Shown: positions 9,354 to 19,698, numbered from the stretch's first letter. The stretch is 64,000 nt of DNA from an uncultured Bdellovibrionales bacterium (GCA_964488025.1 CAZATJ010000002.1:13840-77839), one strand, 5' to 3'. The notes: generated from the letters alone by a model not told the origin. Translations and numbers: made by a program.

Positions 9354-10271
9354 TCAGAAGAACTCGGGATGCTGGTAATCCGCCATCACGCCGCCCTTGA
9401 GGAATGACAGTTCCGGATCGGTGTGCTCCGCTTGCGCAAAGTAGCTCTGGCGGATGAACTTGGTGCCCATCTTGTTCACATGCCGCACGTAGCCCTCGGG
9501 GTCCAGCTTTGGATCGGGAGCCTGCCAGATTTTCGTGCCAACGCCACGGGGGAGGATGGGCGCGATACACGGGCCAAAGGTCCGGATGAGCCGGATGAGT
9601 GGCGTGATCTCCTCGACACCCGCGTTGTCGTAGACGTAGAAGAGTTTGCCCTTGTCCCAGGCTTCCGCACGGGACTTGATGGGCGCCTCCTTCTTCGGCT
9701 TGGCACTGCGGAGGTCGAAACCGCCGACCTGCATGAGCGACATGAGGTGCCACATGGCGAAGGTGTTCGCGATGCGGCCTTCCATGATGCTCTTGGTCAG
9801 TTCCGTGATGGCGAGGCCAGTCGCGAGCGCACCGGCTTCGGCGGCTTGGACGAGGTCTTCGGCAGCTTCGGGTGTGAAGTACGCTTCGGCTTCCTTCGAC
9901 AGGATGACACCGTAGTCGCACCCGGCCCGGAGCAGCTTAGCCGTGCCGTAGTTGAGCAGCCCGACGAAGATGTCGCCGTGGCGTACTTCGGACACGTATA
10001 CGTTCTTCCAGCCGGCTGTGGCGATGGCTTCGCGCAGCTGGGCAGCGGTTTCGCCGCAGTCCTTCTCGACGTAGTCCGGGTCCATGGGGACGAGGATCTC
10101 GACGCGTGAGATGAAAGCGCGGTCACCGACGGTCACCGACAGCATCCGTTCGACGCTCGCGAGGGCAAGCGTAACGGCGTTGTCGACGAGTTGCGGTTCG
10201 CGGGCGAAGCAGCGAACGATGGCGCCGATCTTTTTGGAATGCAGCAGTGACGACATGATGAATCTCCGCAT
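9354..10271 (-). CDS. hypothetical protein encoded in a GC-rich island
   Basis: 305-aa ORF at about 60% GC in a 45-48% GC context. No family confidently recognised. Its start lies in a 15-bp tandem duplication. Confidence 0.5.
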   Translation of the reverse strand: MRRFIMSSLLHSKKIGAIVRCFAREPQLVDNAVTLALASVERMLSVTVGDRAFISRVEILVPMDPDYVEKDCGETAAQLREAIATAGWKNVYVSEVRHGDIFVGLLNYGTAKLLRAGCDYGVILSKEAEAYFTPEAAEDLVQAAEAGALATGLAITELTKSIMEGRIANTFAMWHLMSLMQVGGFDLRSAKPKKEAPIKSRAEAWDKGKLFYVYDNAGVEEITPLIRLIRTFGPCIAPILPRGVGTKIWQAPDPKLDPEGYVRHVNKMGTKFIRQSYFAQAEHTDPELSFLKGGVMADYQHPEFF

Positions 10272-10283
10272 GATGAATCTCCA
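10254..10283. repeat. 15-bp tandem duplication covering RBS and start codon (minus-strand GGAGATTCATCATGY x2)
   Basis: Plus strand: catgatgaatctccg catgatgaatctcca. This creates two in-frame ATGs (M1 and M6) with duplicated GGAGA. Confidence 0.7.
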
Positions 10284-10447
10284 GTTGGTAAGCTCTCGGG
10301 GTTCTGTTCCCTTTGAGCATCCCGGTTTTCAAACCCAACCTTGCGGTTGAGGGACATGTCAGGCGTTTTATCCTGACCGACCATTATAGCAGAAAAATAA
10401 TGTATTGTCAATATAAATAAAGAAAAGTGGCTTATATAAAAGAAAGA

Positions 10448-10485
10448 AGCCGACCGTGCGCTATGCGCTTGGTCGGCTCTTGTTT
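10448..10485. terminator. intrinsic terminator (bidirectional)
   Basis: GCCGACCgtgcgctatgcgcttGGTCGGC stem followed by tcttgttt on the plus strand and ttctttctttt on the minus strand. It lies just 3' of the minus-strand stop at 10506. Confidence 0.6.
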
Positions 10486-10505
10486 GGCTCCTTGGGAGCC
10501 GGGGT

Positions 10506-10964
10506 CTAGACGGGAACGATGACGTTCACACCTTGGCGGAAGGGACGGATGTTGTTGTCTCGACACAAGATGACGTGGGTCATCCCCGGGTGTTTGCCCT
10601 GGGCAATCTCGTCAAAGAGTGTCCACTTGTCCCCGCCACCCGGTTCGTAGTCATCCCGTTGCACACTTTCGTGCTTGGCGAAGAGACGGATTCCATCTTC
10701 GAGAGTGAACAGTTCGCCACCGCAGAAGTGCGTGGGCGATTCGTTGACGGGGTCACTCTTGAGGCCGACCATCTTCTGGGTCTCATGGTCCATCACCTGG
10801 GCCACGTACTGGGTGTAGAACCGGAAGGACCAGGCCTTCTCGGGGATCTTCAGATCCTCGGTCGAGCGGTCAGTCGTCAGTCGGTCCCGGTTGTGGCTTT
10901 CGAGATTGCCGTAGAAACGGACATACGTCAACTTTTCGTAGTCGGTCATGTTTGCAAGCATGGT
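10506..10964 (-). CDS. hypothetical protein (GC-rich island)
   Basis: The start at 10964 is chosen because AAGGAG lies 7 nt upstream. The track ORF extends to 11024 without an RBS. No family recognised. Confidence 0.5.
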   Translation of the reverse strand, partial: TMLANMTDYEKLTYVRFYGNLESHNRDRLTTDRSTEDLKIPEKAWSFRFYTQYVAQVMDHETQKMVGLKSDPVNESPTHFCGGELFTLEDGIRLFAKHESVQRDDYEPGGGDKWTLFDEIAQGKHPGMTHVILCRDNNIRPFRQGVNVIVPV

Positions 10965-11022
10965 GCGCTCCTTGTGCGGTTTGGTTGGGGGGAAAGAACT
11001 GGTTGCGGATTGGCAACTGTTC

Positions 11023-11051
11023 ATTGTAGCATAGAATTATGGAAAAGTCAA
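11023..11051 (-). promoter_or_regulatory. sigma70-like promoter (TTGACT-17-TACAAT) for the minus-strand island gene
   Basis: Minus-strand reading: ttgacttttccataattctatgctacaat. Confidence 0.5.
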
Positions 11052-11127
11052 TAGTCATTCGTTGGCTTGAAATAGGAAAAAGGAGGGATTTGTGGTACAG
11101 TAGAGCTGAAATCGAACTTGTTTTACT

Positions 11128-12057
11128 ATGCGGAAAAATCTGTGGACGTTAGGGAAAGTGGTCGTGACCTTAGCGCTAGTTTTTTGGCTGATCGAACGGG
11201 TGGATTGGGCGGGGGTGCGAACGGAATTGGCGGGGGTATCTTGGCTTTTTTTGGTGCTGTATGTGGTTTTCCAATTGACCGGGAACCTCATTTCGGCCAA
11301 AAAATGGCAGATTATCGCCTCATACAAGGAATTGCATTTTACCCTAAAGGAAGGGTTTTTCACCTATATGACGGGGGCGTTTATCAATAACTTCCTGCCT
11401 TCGACTATTGGGGGCGATACCTACCGGGGCTTGTGGCTCGCCAAACGCTCGGGAGCACGCGCTGCAGCCCTTTCCACCGTGGTCTTTGATCGATTCATCG
11501 GTTTGTGGACAACGGCCCTTCTAGCCCTTATTTTGAGCTTTACGCTGTGGGACTCTCTCAGGGAAAGTTTGCCGCTTTTGGTGACGCTACTGGTTCTGTT
11601 TGGGTTCCTTTTGGTTGATCTGGTGATTACCTTTCTGTACTGCCAGACATGGTTTCGGGAGTTCGTTTCACGAATCACTTTTCAGAAAGTGCGCCGATTG
11701 CTTCAAGAGATTATTTTTTACACGAAAAAAGACATGTGGCTTCGTACCAGTCTCTGGTCGAGCCTCTTTATTTTTGTCGGTATCGGTCTGTCTAACTACA
11801 TGTTGTTTCAGGCGCTGGGGAGCGGTGTCGCTTTCCTACCGTTTCTCTCAGCGATACTTTTGGTCGCGGTGGTTTCGAGTCTCCCGATATCGATCAACAA
11901 CATCGGCGTCAAGGAATGGGCCTACGTGGCCTTTTTCGGATTGATCGGGGTAAGCGTCGAGACCGCGGTGACCGCGGCGCTTCTTTCCCGTTTCATTCAG
12001 ATGATTCTTTCCTTTATTGCCGTGCCGCAGTATTTGAGAAAAGAAAGCGGAGAATAG
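11128..12057 (+). CDS. flippase-like / lysylphosphatidylglycerol-synthase TM-region family membrane protein
   Basis: 309 aa, about 8 TM helices, conserved NFLPSTIGGDTYRG block (PxxxGGD/ExxR) typical of PF03706/TIGR00374 proteins. These often accompany glycosyltransferases. Confidence 0.65.
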   Translation: MRKNLWTLGKVVVTLALVFWLIERVDWAGVRTELAGVSWLFLVLYVVFQLTGNLISAKKWQIIASYKELHFTLKEGFFTYMTGAFINNFLPSTIGGDTYRGLWLAKRSGARAAALSTVVFDRFIGLWTTALLALILSFTLWDSLRESLPLLVTLLVLFGFLLVDLVITFLYCQTWFREFVSRITFQKVRRLLQEIIFYTKKDMWLRTSLWSSLFIFVGIGLSNYMLFQALGSGVAFLPFLSAILLVAVVSSLPISINNIGVKEWAYVAFFGLIGVSVETAVTAALLSRFIQMILSFIAVPQYLRKESGE

Positions 12058-12063
12058 ATATTT

Positions 12064-13917
12064 TTACTTTGCTATCTTCACTACCTTTACGAAGTTTTCG
12101 GGACGGTTATCGATAAGGAGTTGCCAGGCAGGATGGGACTCGGTATAGGCGGCTGACATCTGCAGATTTTTTTGTTTCTGCCACCGGCTGTGTTCCGGCC
12201 GATAGAGGTTGCGTCCTCGATGGGAGAGCACGGCGTAGTCAAACGGTTGTCCCGCGGCCGCTTCGTATTCCATGGTGACACATTTCCCTTTGAAGAATTC
12301 GCAGATGCCATAATAGTCGCTCCAGACAAGAAGATTTTGAGCATCGGGTAAGGAATTGAGATATTGAGCCGCTTCGTATCCGCCGTAGCCCCAGGAATGG
12401 TGGATGATTTTTTCTTGAGGGAGCAGGAAGTTCGTGTAGTTGAAATAAAATGGAGCGGCACAGGCGGTACTGGTTATGAGTATGAGAATAGTTCCCAGGA
12501 GGAGCCATTTTTGGAATACTTGGGAAAAACCCGCGAGAGCCGAAGCGGCGAGAATAGCGATAATCGGATAGAGGAGTATGAGGTAGCGCGCCGTCGCGAG
12601 GATTTCCGAGAGAAGTATGGCGATGAGGAAAAAGAAAATAAATAAGAGAAGAGAAAAATTTTCGAAATGCCCGGTGGCGATTTCTTCCTGATTTTGAATC
12701 TTACGTGGGAGGATATTGGAGAGGAGTTGGCCAAGAAAAAGAATAAGAGTCAGGGGAGCGATGGAAAAGACCAGCGGGTTCAATTCGAGGAAGATGGCTT
12801 GGATGATGTTCGGAAAATAGGTTTTATCCGGCTTGTCGCTGCTGTAGAGGTCTTTCAGGTCAAACGGAATCTTCGAAAAAATTTCCCATTCCGGGAAGAG
12901 TATTCTTCCGACGATGAGGGTGATAAAGAGTGTAAGGAGTAAACCGGAGACTATTTTTTCGAGTAACGAGAACGCCTGTATCCTTTCTGTGAATTTCAAG
13001 ATGGTGCCAATGATTTTTTCCTTACAGAAAACGACCCCGAGAGAAAATAAAAGAAAAACAGCGAGCGGAAGAAAAGAGAAATAGGCCTCTCCGCCGGAGA
13101 GGAGATCCCCCAGTATGGAAGGGTTAAGCCAGAGAGCGGGAAGAAAAAGAGTCATAATCAGCATTCCGATTACTATGACAGACAGGAGGAAAATGATATT
13201 TTCTTTCGCCATCTTTCTGATGGTTTCCGGTGTTTGATCCTTTTGGAAAAAAAGATTGGCTATGATAAGAAAGGTAAAGAATGGCAGGAGAAAACTCCCG
13301 ATGTACTTTGAAAGAATTGCAAAACCGAGCAGGGCGCCGGAGAGAAAAATAAATTTTTTCTCACGAAACTTCAAAAGGGCGAGAAACGAAAGGAGGGTAG
13401 CTGTTCCGAATGACCAGAGGAGCGAGTCCGGATTCACGATTTGCGTCATCCCGATGAGAATGGGTGAGAGTGTAATAAAAGAGGTCGCCAAGAGGGCGGT
13501 TCTCGCATCGTACAGTTTTGAAAGAATCCAGAAAATATACAAGAGGAGTAAGGTATTGGCTATCAGCAGGGGTAATCTGAATGCCACGAGTGTTTTTTCA
13601 GATCTTATGACATCGCACTGAACGATTTCGGAATCACTTTTCTTACAGAGAGTTTCTGGGTGAGAATCAGAAAGAAGTCCGATGCCGGAAATGAGCGCGA
13701 GAGAAATACCCGGCTTATCATTGATGAGGGTTTTTTTCCATTTGCCGTCGGCGATGGCATCCCAATACTGTGGAATGCGCTCATAGACCCAGTAGTGTTC
13801 GTCCGCGGTGATGAATTTTCCGAGATGCTGGATACCGAAAAAGAAATGCAAAGAAAGAATGATGACAATCAAAATATGCGAATGATATTTTTTCAAAAAA
13901 CTTGTCATAGAAATCAA
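12064..13917 (-). CDS. PMT_2/ArnT-like GT-C family membrane glycosyltransferase (paralog 1)
   Basis: 617 aa, polytopic. First extracytoplasmic loop carries the FITADEHYW DE-motif characteristic of GT39/GT83. Confidence 0.7.
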   Translation of the reverse strand: MISMTSFLKKYHSHILIVIILSLHFFFGIQHLGKFITADEHYWVYERIPQYWDAIADGKWKKTLINDKPGISLALISGIGLLSDSHPETLCKKSDSEIVQCDVIRSEKTLVAFRLPLLIANTLLLLYIFWILSKLYDARTALLATSFITLSPILIGMTQIVNPDSLLWSFGTATLLSFLALLKFREKKFIFLSGALLGFAILSKYIGSFLLPFFTFLIIANLFFQKDQTPETIRKMAKENIIFLLSVIVIGMLIMTLFLPALWLNPSILGDLLSGGEAYFSFLPLAVFLLFSLGVVFCKEKIIGTILKFTERIQAFSLLEKIVSGLLLTLFITLIVGRILFPEWEIFSKIPFDLKDLYSSDKPDKTYFPNIIQAIFLELNPLVFSIAPLTLILFLGQLLSNILPRKIQNQEEIATGHFENFSLLLFIFFFLIAILLSEILATARYLILLYPIIAILAASALAGFSQVFQKWLLLGTILILITSTACAAPFYFNYTNFLLPQEKIIHHSWGYGGYEAAQYLNSLPDAQNLLVWSDYYGICEFFKGKCVTMEYEAAAGQPFDYAVLSHRGRNLYRPEHSRWQKQKNLQMSAAYTESHPAWQLLIDNRPENFVKVVKIAK

Positions 13918-13922
13918 TGACG

Positions 13923-16193
13923 CTATGGTTTGAAACGGAATATTTTCACGTAGTGCGAGGGACGGTCGTTGATGTCGATTTCAAAGACGGGATTGGTGCG
14001 GTCGTAATAGGAAGCGAAATGAATGAGACCGGGTTTCTGTGACAATACGTCGCTTGCGAACATGTTGGTGGTGCGGTTCTTACGCGCCGCCGAAACCACA
14101 ATATAGTCGAGGCCCTCATCGCGGAGTGAGAGGTAGTTGCGGTTGCTGCTCTTGCAGTGGCCGACAAAGAATTTGCAGACGCCATCCTTGTCTGTCCAGA
14201 TGAGCATGTTTTCCGCATCCGGAAGACGGTTAAGGTACATGGCGGCCTCGTAGCTGCCGGGACCCATATCTTTCACGTCGGTATGATACTTGGCGGGAAG
14301 AAAGGAGCTGGCATAGGAGAGGGGGAAGGGAGTTATGATGAGCGAAAAAACACCGAGGATAATGATAATTGATCCAATCATGACCGGCGTAGGGGTATGG
14401 GCAATTTTCAGCCTGCGATGAGCATAGACCAGGAGGTGTTCGAGCGTGATGCCGGCGATGATGGCAGCGAGCGGGAAAAGGATAATTTGGTAGCGGACGA
14501 TAGCGGCGACGTTGTTGACGGTGGTGCCAAGGAAGTAGAGGAGGATGAAGATGATGAAGTAGAAGGAAGTTCGTAGGGCGACGGATTCGGAAAAATGTTT
14601 TTTAAAGAAAAAGAACGGTGTGATAAAGAGGAGGAGGAAAATAAGTGGGGTGACTCCGAAGATGAAGGGGTAGAAGTTGGTCAGGAAGACGCCGAGAAAA
14701 TCACTCCGATTCGCAATGGTTTTCGGAGAGGCGAGCAGCTCTTGGAATGGATAGACGCTCATTCCGGACCAGGTGTTCCAGACGACGAAAAGTATGGTAG
14801 CAAGGAAAAAGAGACCGATGAGTGTGGCGAGTTTATCACGAAAGGTCGTAAGGAGAGTAAGGAGAGCAGAGGTAATGCGTGCTTTGCCGAGCCATTGGTC
14901 GAGAAGAATGAAAGCGATGAGGATAAGAAAGAGCGGCGCCACTTTTTCAAAGGCCTGACTGAGAAGGGTGGAGGTCAAAAGTTTTTCGGGTTTGACCCAG
15001 GTGGCGGGGAAGAAGACGTAGAAAGTGGTCAGGGCGACAAACGTCAGTACCAAGAGGTCAGAGAGGGATTGTTTCAGATGAATGGCGAAGGAACGGATTG
15101 CTGATTTCTCCTGGTAGATGTATTCCAAGAAAATCAAACCGAGGAAAAAGACAAAAAGAATATTGGCTACATACTTAGTGAGCAGGGCGAGACCGAGCAA
15201 TATGCCGGCGAAGACCAGGTAACGGAAAGAACGGCGTCTCAAGAAAACGAGGTAGGAAATAAGGGAAAGCGGGGTGAAGACCCACAAGAGGGAATCAGGA
15301 TTGATAATTTTAGCCATACCGATGAGTACCGGAGAAAGAGCGATGAAGATGTAGCTCGGTAAGGCATTTCGTCTTCCTATCAGGCGCTCGAGGAGGAAAT
15401 AGAAGAGTGGCAGCATGAGGGTGATGGCGAGGAGGAGCGGAAAGCGGAAGGAAAAATAGAAACTTTCTATTTTGGAAGTGGTGCCGATTTCTTCCGGCAG
15501 GTATCTCATCTTATCGAAGCGTTTGGGATCAAAGGAAAAAAGGCCCGGCCAGGTAGTGAGCGCTACGGTGATACCGGGTTTGTCGCTGATGCGAGTGCCC
15601 TTCCAGTCGTGTTCGGCGATATTGTTCCAATATTTTCCGATACGTCCTTCGTACCAGAGAGCTTCGTCGACGGCGGCGAAGCGGGTGAGGTGGTACAATC
15701 CGAAAAGAAAAAAGAGGGCGGTCACGGTAGCGACCAGAATGAGACTGGGGAGACCCTGAGACTGAATCCATGCTTTGGGGCTCTGCGCTTTGGGATCAGC
15801 TAATCGAAGGGCCTGCTCTTTTTTCATATAACGGGAAGAGAGGAGTACTCCGGTCAGGATGACGTAGGCACCGAGAGCGATAGGGAAAATATAATGAAAG
15901 TTCTTGGACTCTATGAGGCCGTAGGTCATGATAAGGGCTCCCGGGAAGGTGACAAGGAGGAGAGTGGTGAGAAATCTTTGCCAGTCGATCTGAGAAGCAA
16001 AGTAGAGGATGCCTCCAAAAATGAGTACTCCAAAAATAAGGAAAGCGGCATAAAAAAATTGGTTATCAAGATTGGAGTCAAACAGGGCGAGCGACGTGCT
16101 TTGTGGGGCGATAAAGAGGAGCGTGGCGATGGCGAGCGCGACAGAGAGAGCGGCATAGACCTTATTTTCAAGACTCTGGAAAAAATCGTGCAT
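13923..16193 (-). CDS. PMT_2/ArnT-like GT-C family membrane glycosyltransferase (paralog 2)
   Basis: 756 aa, polytopic. AAVDEALWYEGRIGKYW loop parallel to paralog 1. Confidence 0.7.
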   Translation of the reverse strand: MHDFFQSLENKVYAALSVALAIATLLFIAPQSTSLALFDSNLDNQFFYAAFLIFGVLIFGGILYFASQIDWQRFLTTLLLVTFPGALIMTYGLIESKNFHYIFPIALGAYVILTGVLLSSRYMKKEQALRLADPKAQSPKAWIQSQGLPSLILVATVTALFFLFGLYHLTRFAAVDEALWYEGRIGKYWNNIAEHDWKGTRISDKPGITVALTTWPGLFSFDPKRFDKMRYLPEEIGTTSKIESFYFSFRFPLLLAITLMLPLFYFLLERLIGRRNALPSYIFIALSPVLIGMAKIINPDSLLWVFTPLSLISYLVFLRRRSFRYLVFAGILLGLALLTKYVANILFVFFLGLIFLEYIYQEKSAIRSFAIHLKQSLSDLLVLTFVALTTFYVFFPATWVKPEKLLTSTLLSQAFEKVAPLFLILIAFILLDQWLGKARITSALLTLLTTFRDKLATLIGLFFLATILFVVWNTWSGMSVYPFQELLASPKTIANRSDFLGVFLTNFYPFIFGVTPLIFLLLFITPFFFFKKHFSESVALRTSFYFIIFILLYFLGTTVNNVAAIVRYQIILFPLAAIIAGITLEHLLVYAHRRLKIAHTPTPVMIGSIIIILGVFSLIITPFPLSYASSFLPAKYHTDVKDMGPGSYEAAMYLNRLPDAENMLIWTDKDGVCKFFVGHCKSSNRNYLSLRDEGLDYIVVSAARKNRTTNMFASDVLSQKPGLIHFASYYDRTNPVFEIDINDRPSHYVKIFRFKP

Positions 16194-16305
16194 AGAGTTT
16201 GTTTCGTTACCAATCTTTGGAAGTATCAGTTACCTCTCAGGGTAACGGTTTTTAGATTTGTAACGGGTTTGCTTGGCGCTTAAAAGTAGCTTAGAATAGA
16301 AGAAA

Positions 16306-18153
16306 GTGCCTTTTAATCCTAGCGTAAAGGGTGAAAAAAAGGAAGTGGTTCATCTTTCCACCAGACAGCTTTTGGGACTCTCTCTGATAGTCATTGTGGC
16401 TCTCGGTTTTTTTCTTCGTGCTTATCATTTTTCCGATTGGTTACACTTTGAGCTGGATCAGGCGCGCGATGCCCGAGTGGTTGATGCGGCGCTTGAGGGA
16501 GGTCCCGGTGAGTTACCGCTTCTCGGACCCAAAGCCGGGGGAACATTTCTCCGATTAGCTCCGGGGTTTTATTATGTGCAGTATTTGGGTGGACTCGTGT
16601 TTGGGGCAACACCGACTGCTTACGCTTTGGTGGTGATGCTTCTTTCAGTAGCTTCACTGCCGTTGTTTTATCTACTCCTTCGACGATTTTTTGCTGTCTG
16701 GATGGCACTCGGATTGACGCTGCTTTTTTCCACGTCTGCCTTTTTTGTTTTGTATGGCCGTTTTTCCTGGAATCCGAACATTCTGCCCTTTTTTATGATT
16801 CTCGGGATGTATGCTCTGCTTCGTTCGGTTGATGAATATGAAAACCGGAAAGAACGATGGTTTTTGCTGGCGGTTATTTCTTTGGTATTAGCTACTCATG
16901 CTCATTTCCTCGCTTTTTTGGCCGTGCCGGTCATCGTCTTGGTTTTCTTGATTATCAAGCGGCCGCGGTTTTCGCTCCGTGCTTGGGTGATAGCCCTCTC
17001 TTTCGTGACAATTCTTTACTTGCCGATGGCGCTCAATGAAATCGAAACCGGAGGGAGGAATACTCAAGAATTCTTCGGGGCCATTACGGAGAAATCTACG
17101 AAAGAAGACCACATTCTGCCAGATAAATTTTTCCGTAATACCGCCGAACACGCGCTGGGAGCGCTACTCATTACGACCGGATTCGAAGGCGGGACGTTTC
17201 CGAATATCACCTGGAATGAGGAAAATCGTATCTGGTGGGTGTGCGCCGAAAAGTGCGATCAGGGAAAGTGGTATGGGGTAGCCGCCGCTCTGATTTTTGG
17301 AGTCAGTCTATTTCTTTTGGTTTTTTTCTGGTGGCGGGAACATGAGCATAAGAAAAAGGACGTTCTCCTTCTCTCTGGTATCTGGTTTGCCGTGACCTTC
17401 ATCCTTTTTTTACCACTTTCTTATGGCTTTGCTCCGCGATTTTTTCTTCTGTCGGGGCCACTCTTTATCATTTTTCTTGGTTTGTTCTTGCTGGGTGTAA
17501 AACAAGTGTCGGGGAGTGGTCGAATTGGTACGGTTGTCGTGGGGAGCGTCATAGCGCTTTTGGTTTTCTCCAATCTCTTTTTTCTCTTTGGACGTTTTGA
17601 TGAATTGTCACGAGCAGGAACTGAGGTAGTGAAAAATGCTCCTGACCGTATTTTGAAAGAACGCATTCGAGTGACACTGGGACAGCAGGAGCGTATCGTC
17701 GATATGCTGGAAGCACGTTCCCGGGAAAATAATTTTCCTGTCTATATGTTCAGCGAACCCCAGCATCGGCGAGCGCTCAAATACCTCATGGAACGGCGTG
17801 GTATCGAGAATGCTGTCCTGGGATTCGACGGAGTATATCGACAAGGTGTATATTTTTTAGTGCTGCGAGCGCAGTCCGATCTGGAGGATGCTTTGAAGAA
17901 ATACCGTATCAGTTATACGGTCGGCGAGACGACGTCATTCGGAACGCTTTCAGTCATCGAGCTTTTCCCGAAGCCCGAGGCTATTATTGGTGAACGTCAG
18001 GATTTTACTTTGCCGAAGCTAAGTGATTCTCAGGCACCGCCGCGCTATACTTGGAAGGAATTTTTTGATCGTACTACGCAGACTCCGAGCAGCGAACCGG
18101 ATGGCGGAGCGCTCGAACAGATGGAGGATGTCGAAAAGGATCAGGAGAACTAA
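16306..18153 (+). CDS. PMT_2/ArnT-like GT-C family membrane glycosyltransferase (paralog 3)
   Basis: 615 aa, polytopic. FELDQARDA loop. Divergently transcribed from paralog 2. Confidence 0.65.
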   Translation: MPFNPSVKGEKKEVVHLSTRQLLGLSLIVIVALGFFLRAYHFSDWLHFELDQARDARVVDAALEGGPGELPLLGPKAGGTFLRLAPGFYYVQYLGGLVFGATPTAYALVVMLLSVASLPLFYLLLRRFFAVWMALGLTLLFSTSAFFVLYGRFSWNPNILPFFMILGMYALLRSVDEYENRKERWFLLAVISLVLATHAHFLAFLAVPVIVLVFLIIKRPRFSLRAWVIALSFVTILYLPMALNEIETGGRNTQEFFGAITEKSTKEDHILPDKFFRNTAEHALGALLITTGFEGGTFPNITWNEENRIWWVCAEKCDQGKWYGVAAALIFGVSLFLLVFFWWREHEHKKKDVLLLSGIWFAVTFILFLPLSYGFAPRFFLLSGPLFIIFLGLFLLGVKQVSGSGRIGTVVVGSVIALLVFSNLFFLFGRFDELSRAGTEVVKNAPDRILKERIRVTLGQQERIVDMLEARSRENNFPVYMFSEPQHRRALKYLMERRGIENAVLGFDGVYRQGVYFLVLRAQSDLEDALKKYRISYTVGETTSFGTLSVIELFPKPEAIIGERQDFTLPKLSDSQAPPRYTWKEFFDRTTQTPSSEPDGGALEQMEDVEKDQEN

Positions 18154-18171
18154 TTTTTAGAAAAAGCCTCT

Positions 18172-19698
18172 ATGCAACTGACATGGAAAAAAACTTGGAC
18201 GATACTGCTCGTCATCATCGTTCTTGGCACGGCGCTCCGACTGTATGATTTGGGGAATAATTCTTTCGTGGCCGACGAGTTTCTGGATATGAACTCGAGC
18301 TACGGGTATTTTAAGACGGGAGAGTGGAAAGCCTGGGACTTCAATTTCGGCAGAGAATCCGAGACGAATTTCAACGCCGCTCGCGATGAACGTGCTTTTA
18401 TCTACAAGTGGCAGGTAGCAGGACTCTTCCATCTTCTGCCGCCGACCGAGGCGACGGCTCGTTTGGTAAGCGTGTTCTGGGGGATGGTTTCTATTCTAGT
18501 CATGTTTTGGACCGGGTACTTCTATACGCGAAAGAAAACTGTCGGATTGCTTTCGGCATTTCTGTTTGCGGTGAGCGTTTCCGGGATTATCTTCGACCGG
18601 CGGCTCCGCATGTATGCCATGTTTTTTCCCCTTTATCTGTCTTTGACCACGGTTTTATTCGCTTTTTTCGAGTCGGAGTATCGTGGCAGGATCAATTTCT
18701 TACGGAAAATGTGGGAGCGTTTTGGACTGAACGGTCTGTATCTGCTCCCGCTTATCGTGCTTGCTCTTCTGAGCGCCTTGGTTCACGGATTATCACTTTC
18801 GGTCATTCCGGTTTTCGGGGTCTATGTATTGTGGATGGCGTTTGTTTTCTGGAGAAGGGAGGGGACCCTGAAGAATAAATACGCGGTTACGGTAGGTTTC
18901 GGACTGCTTGGCATCGCTGCCGCCGTCATATTCTTCCCCAGGTTTGTGCGATTGGGGCTGGGGAGTCTTGTTTGGTTCGATAATCACTACTCGTATTTTG
19001 GCTACGTCCTGCGTGATTTCGCTCATCCTCTGCTCGGAGTACTGATGGCCGGTTTCGGTAGCTATGTCTTGGGAAAAAAACTTGGCCAACCGAAAGAAGC
19101 ATTGTGGGTGACTCTTTCGGCGGCGGTGCCCTTGATGCTGGCTGTTTGGTTCTGGCGTCGCAATGCCGGACCGCAGTACATATTTTTCATCCAATCTTTT
19201 GTAATCCTTCTTGCCGCTGTCGGTGTCTATGGGATGTTTCGTTTGGTTCGGGAACATTTTCCGGAACATGGCCGGAAGGGTATTTTCGCATTCCTTCTGT
19301 TAGCCGGGCTGCTTCTTCCGAATTACGGCTATTTTTTGGAAGAAAACAATACCTACCATGAAACCTCTACCGGCGGCAATCCGAATTATCGCAAGGTGTT
19401 TGATTATTTCAAGAAGAACCAACAGCCGGGCGAGGTGCTTATTACCCGAAATTTCCGCAATTATTACTTCTCCGGAGCCAAAGTCCCGGTCTATGATTTT
19501 GGCGGTGAACTTTCAACGAAGAAGTTTTCCCTTGCCGAATTAGAGGTCATTATGGCGGAGTATTCCCATGGCTGGGTCATTGTCTCGACGAATGATTACG
19601 ATTATATTTCCCGTGATGCGGAAGTGTATTTCAAGAAAAATATGGAGCAGGTGAGCAATTCGCAGGTGCGTGGCGCGGTAGAAGTATATCGCTGGTGA
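18172..19698 (+). CDS. PMT_2/ArnT-like GT-C family membrane glycosyltransferase (paralog 4)
   Basis: 508 aa, polytopic. SFVADEFLDM DE-motif loop. Confidence 0.7.
   Translation: MQLTWKKTWTILLVIIVLGTALRLYDLGNNSFVADEFLDMNSSYGYFKTGEWKAWDFNFGRESETNFNAARDERAFIYKWQVAGLFHLLPPTEATARLVSVFWGMVSILVMFWTGYFYTRKKTVGLLSAFLFAVSVSGIIFDRRLRMYAMFFPLYLSLTTVLFAFFESEYRGRINFLRKMWERFGLNGLYLLPLIVLALLSALVHGLSLSVIPVFGVYVLWMAFVFWRREGTLKNKYAVTVGFGLLGIAAAVIFFPRFVRLGLGSLVWFDNHYSYFGYVLRDFAHPLLGVLMAGFGSYVLGKKLGQPKEALWVTLSAAVPLMLAVWFWRRNAGPQYIFFIQSFVILLAAVGVYGMFRLVREHFPEHGRKGIFAFLLLAGLLLPNYGYFLEENNTYHETSTGGNPNYRKVFDYFKKNQQPGEVLITRNFRNYYFSGAKVPVYDFGGELSTKKFSLAELEVIMAEYSHGWVIVSTNDYDYISRDAEVYFKKNMEQVSNSQVRGAVEVYRW

Noticed and set aside
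9423-10411. Multiple overlapping ORFs on both strands (9423-10109 +, 9476-9706 -, 9797-10126 -, 10133-10411 - and others)
   Set aside because: They are artefacts of the roughly 60% GC island (few stop codons). Their Arg/Pro/Ser-rich translations are typical of wrong-frame high-GC reads.
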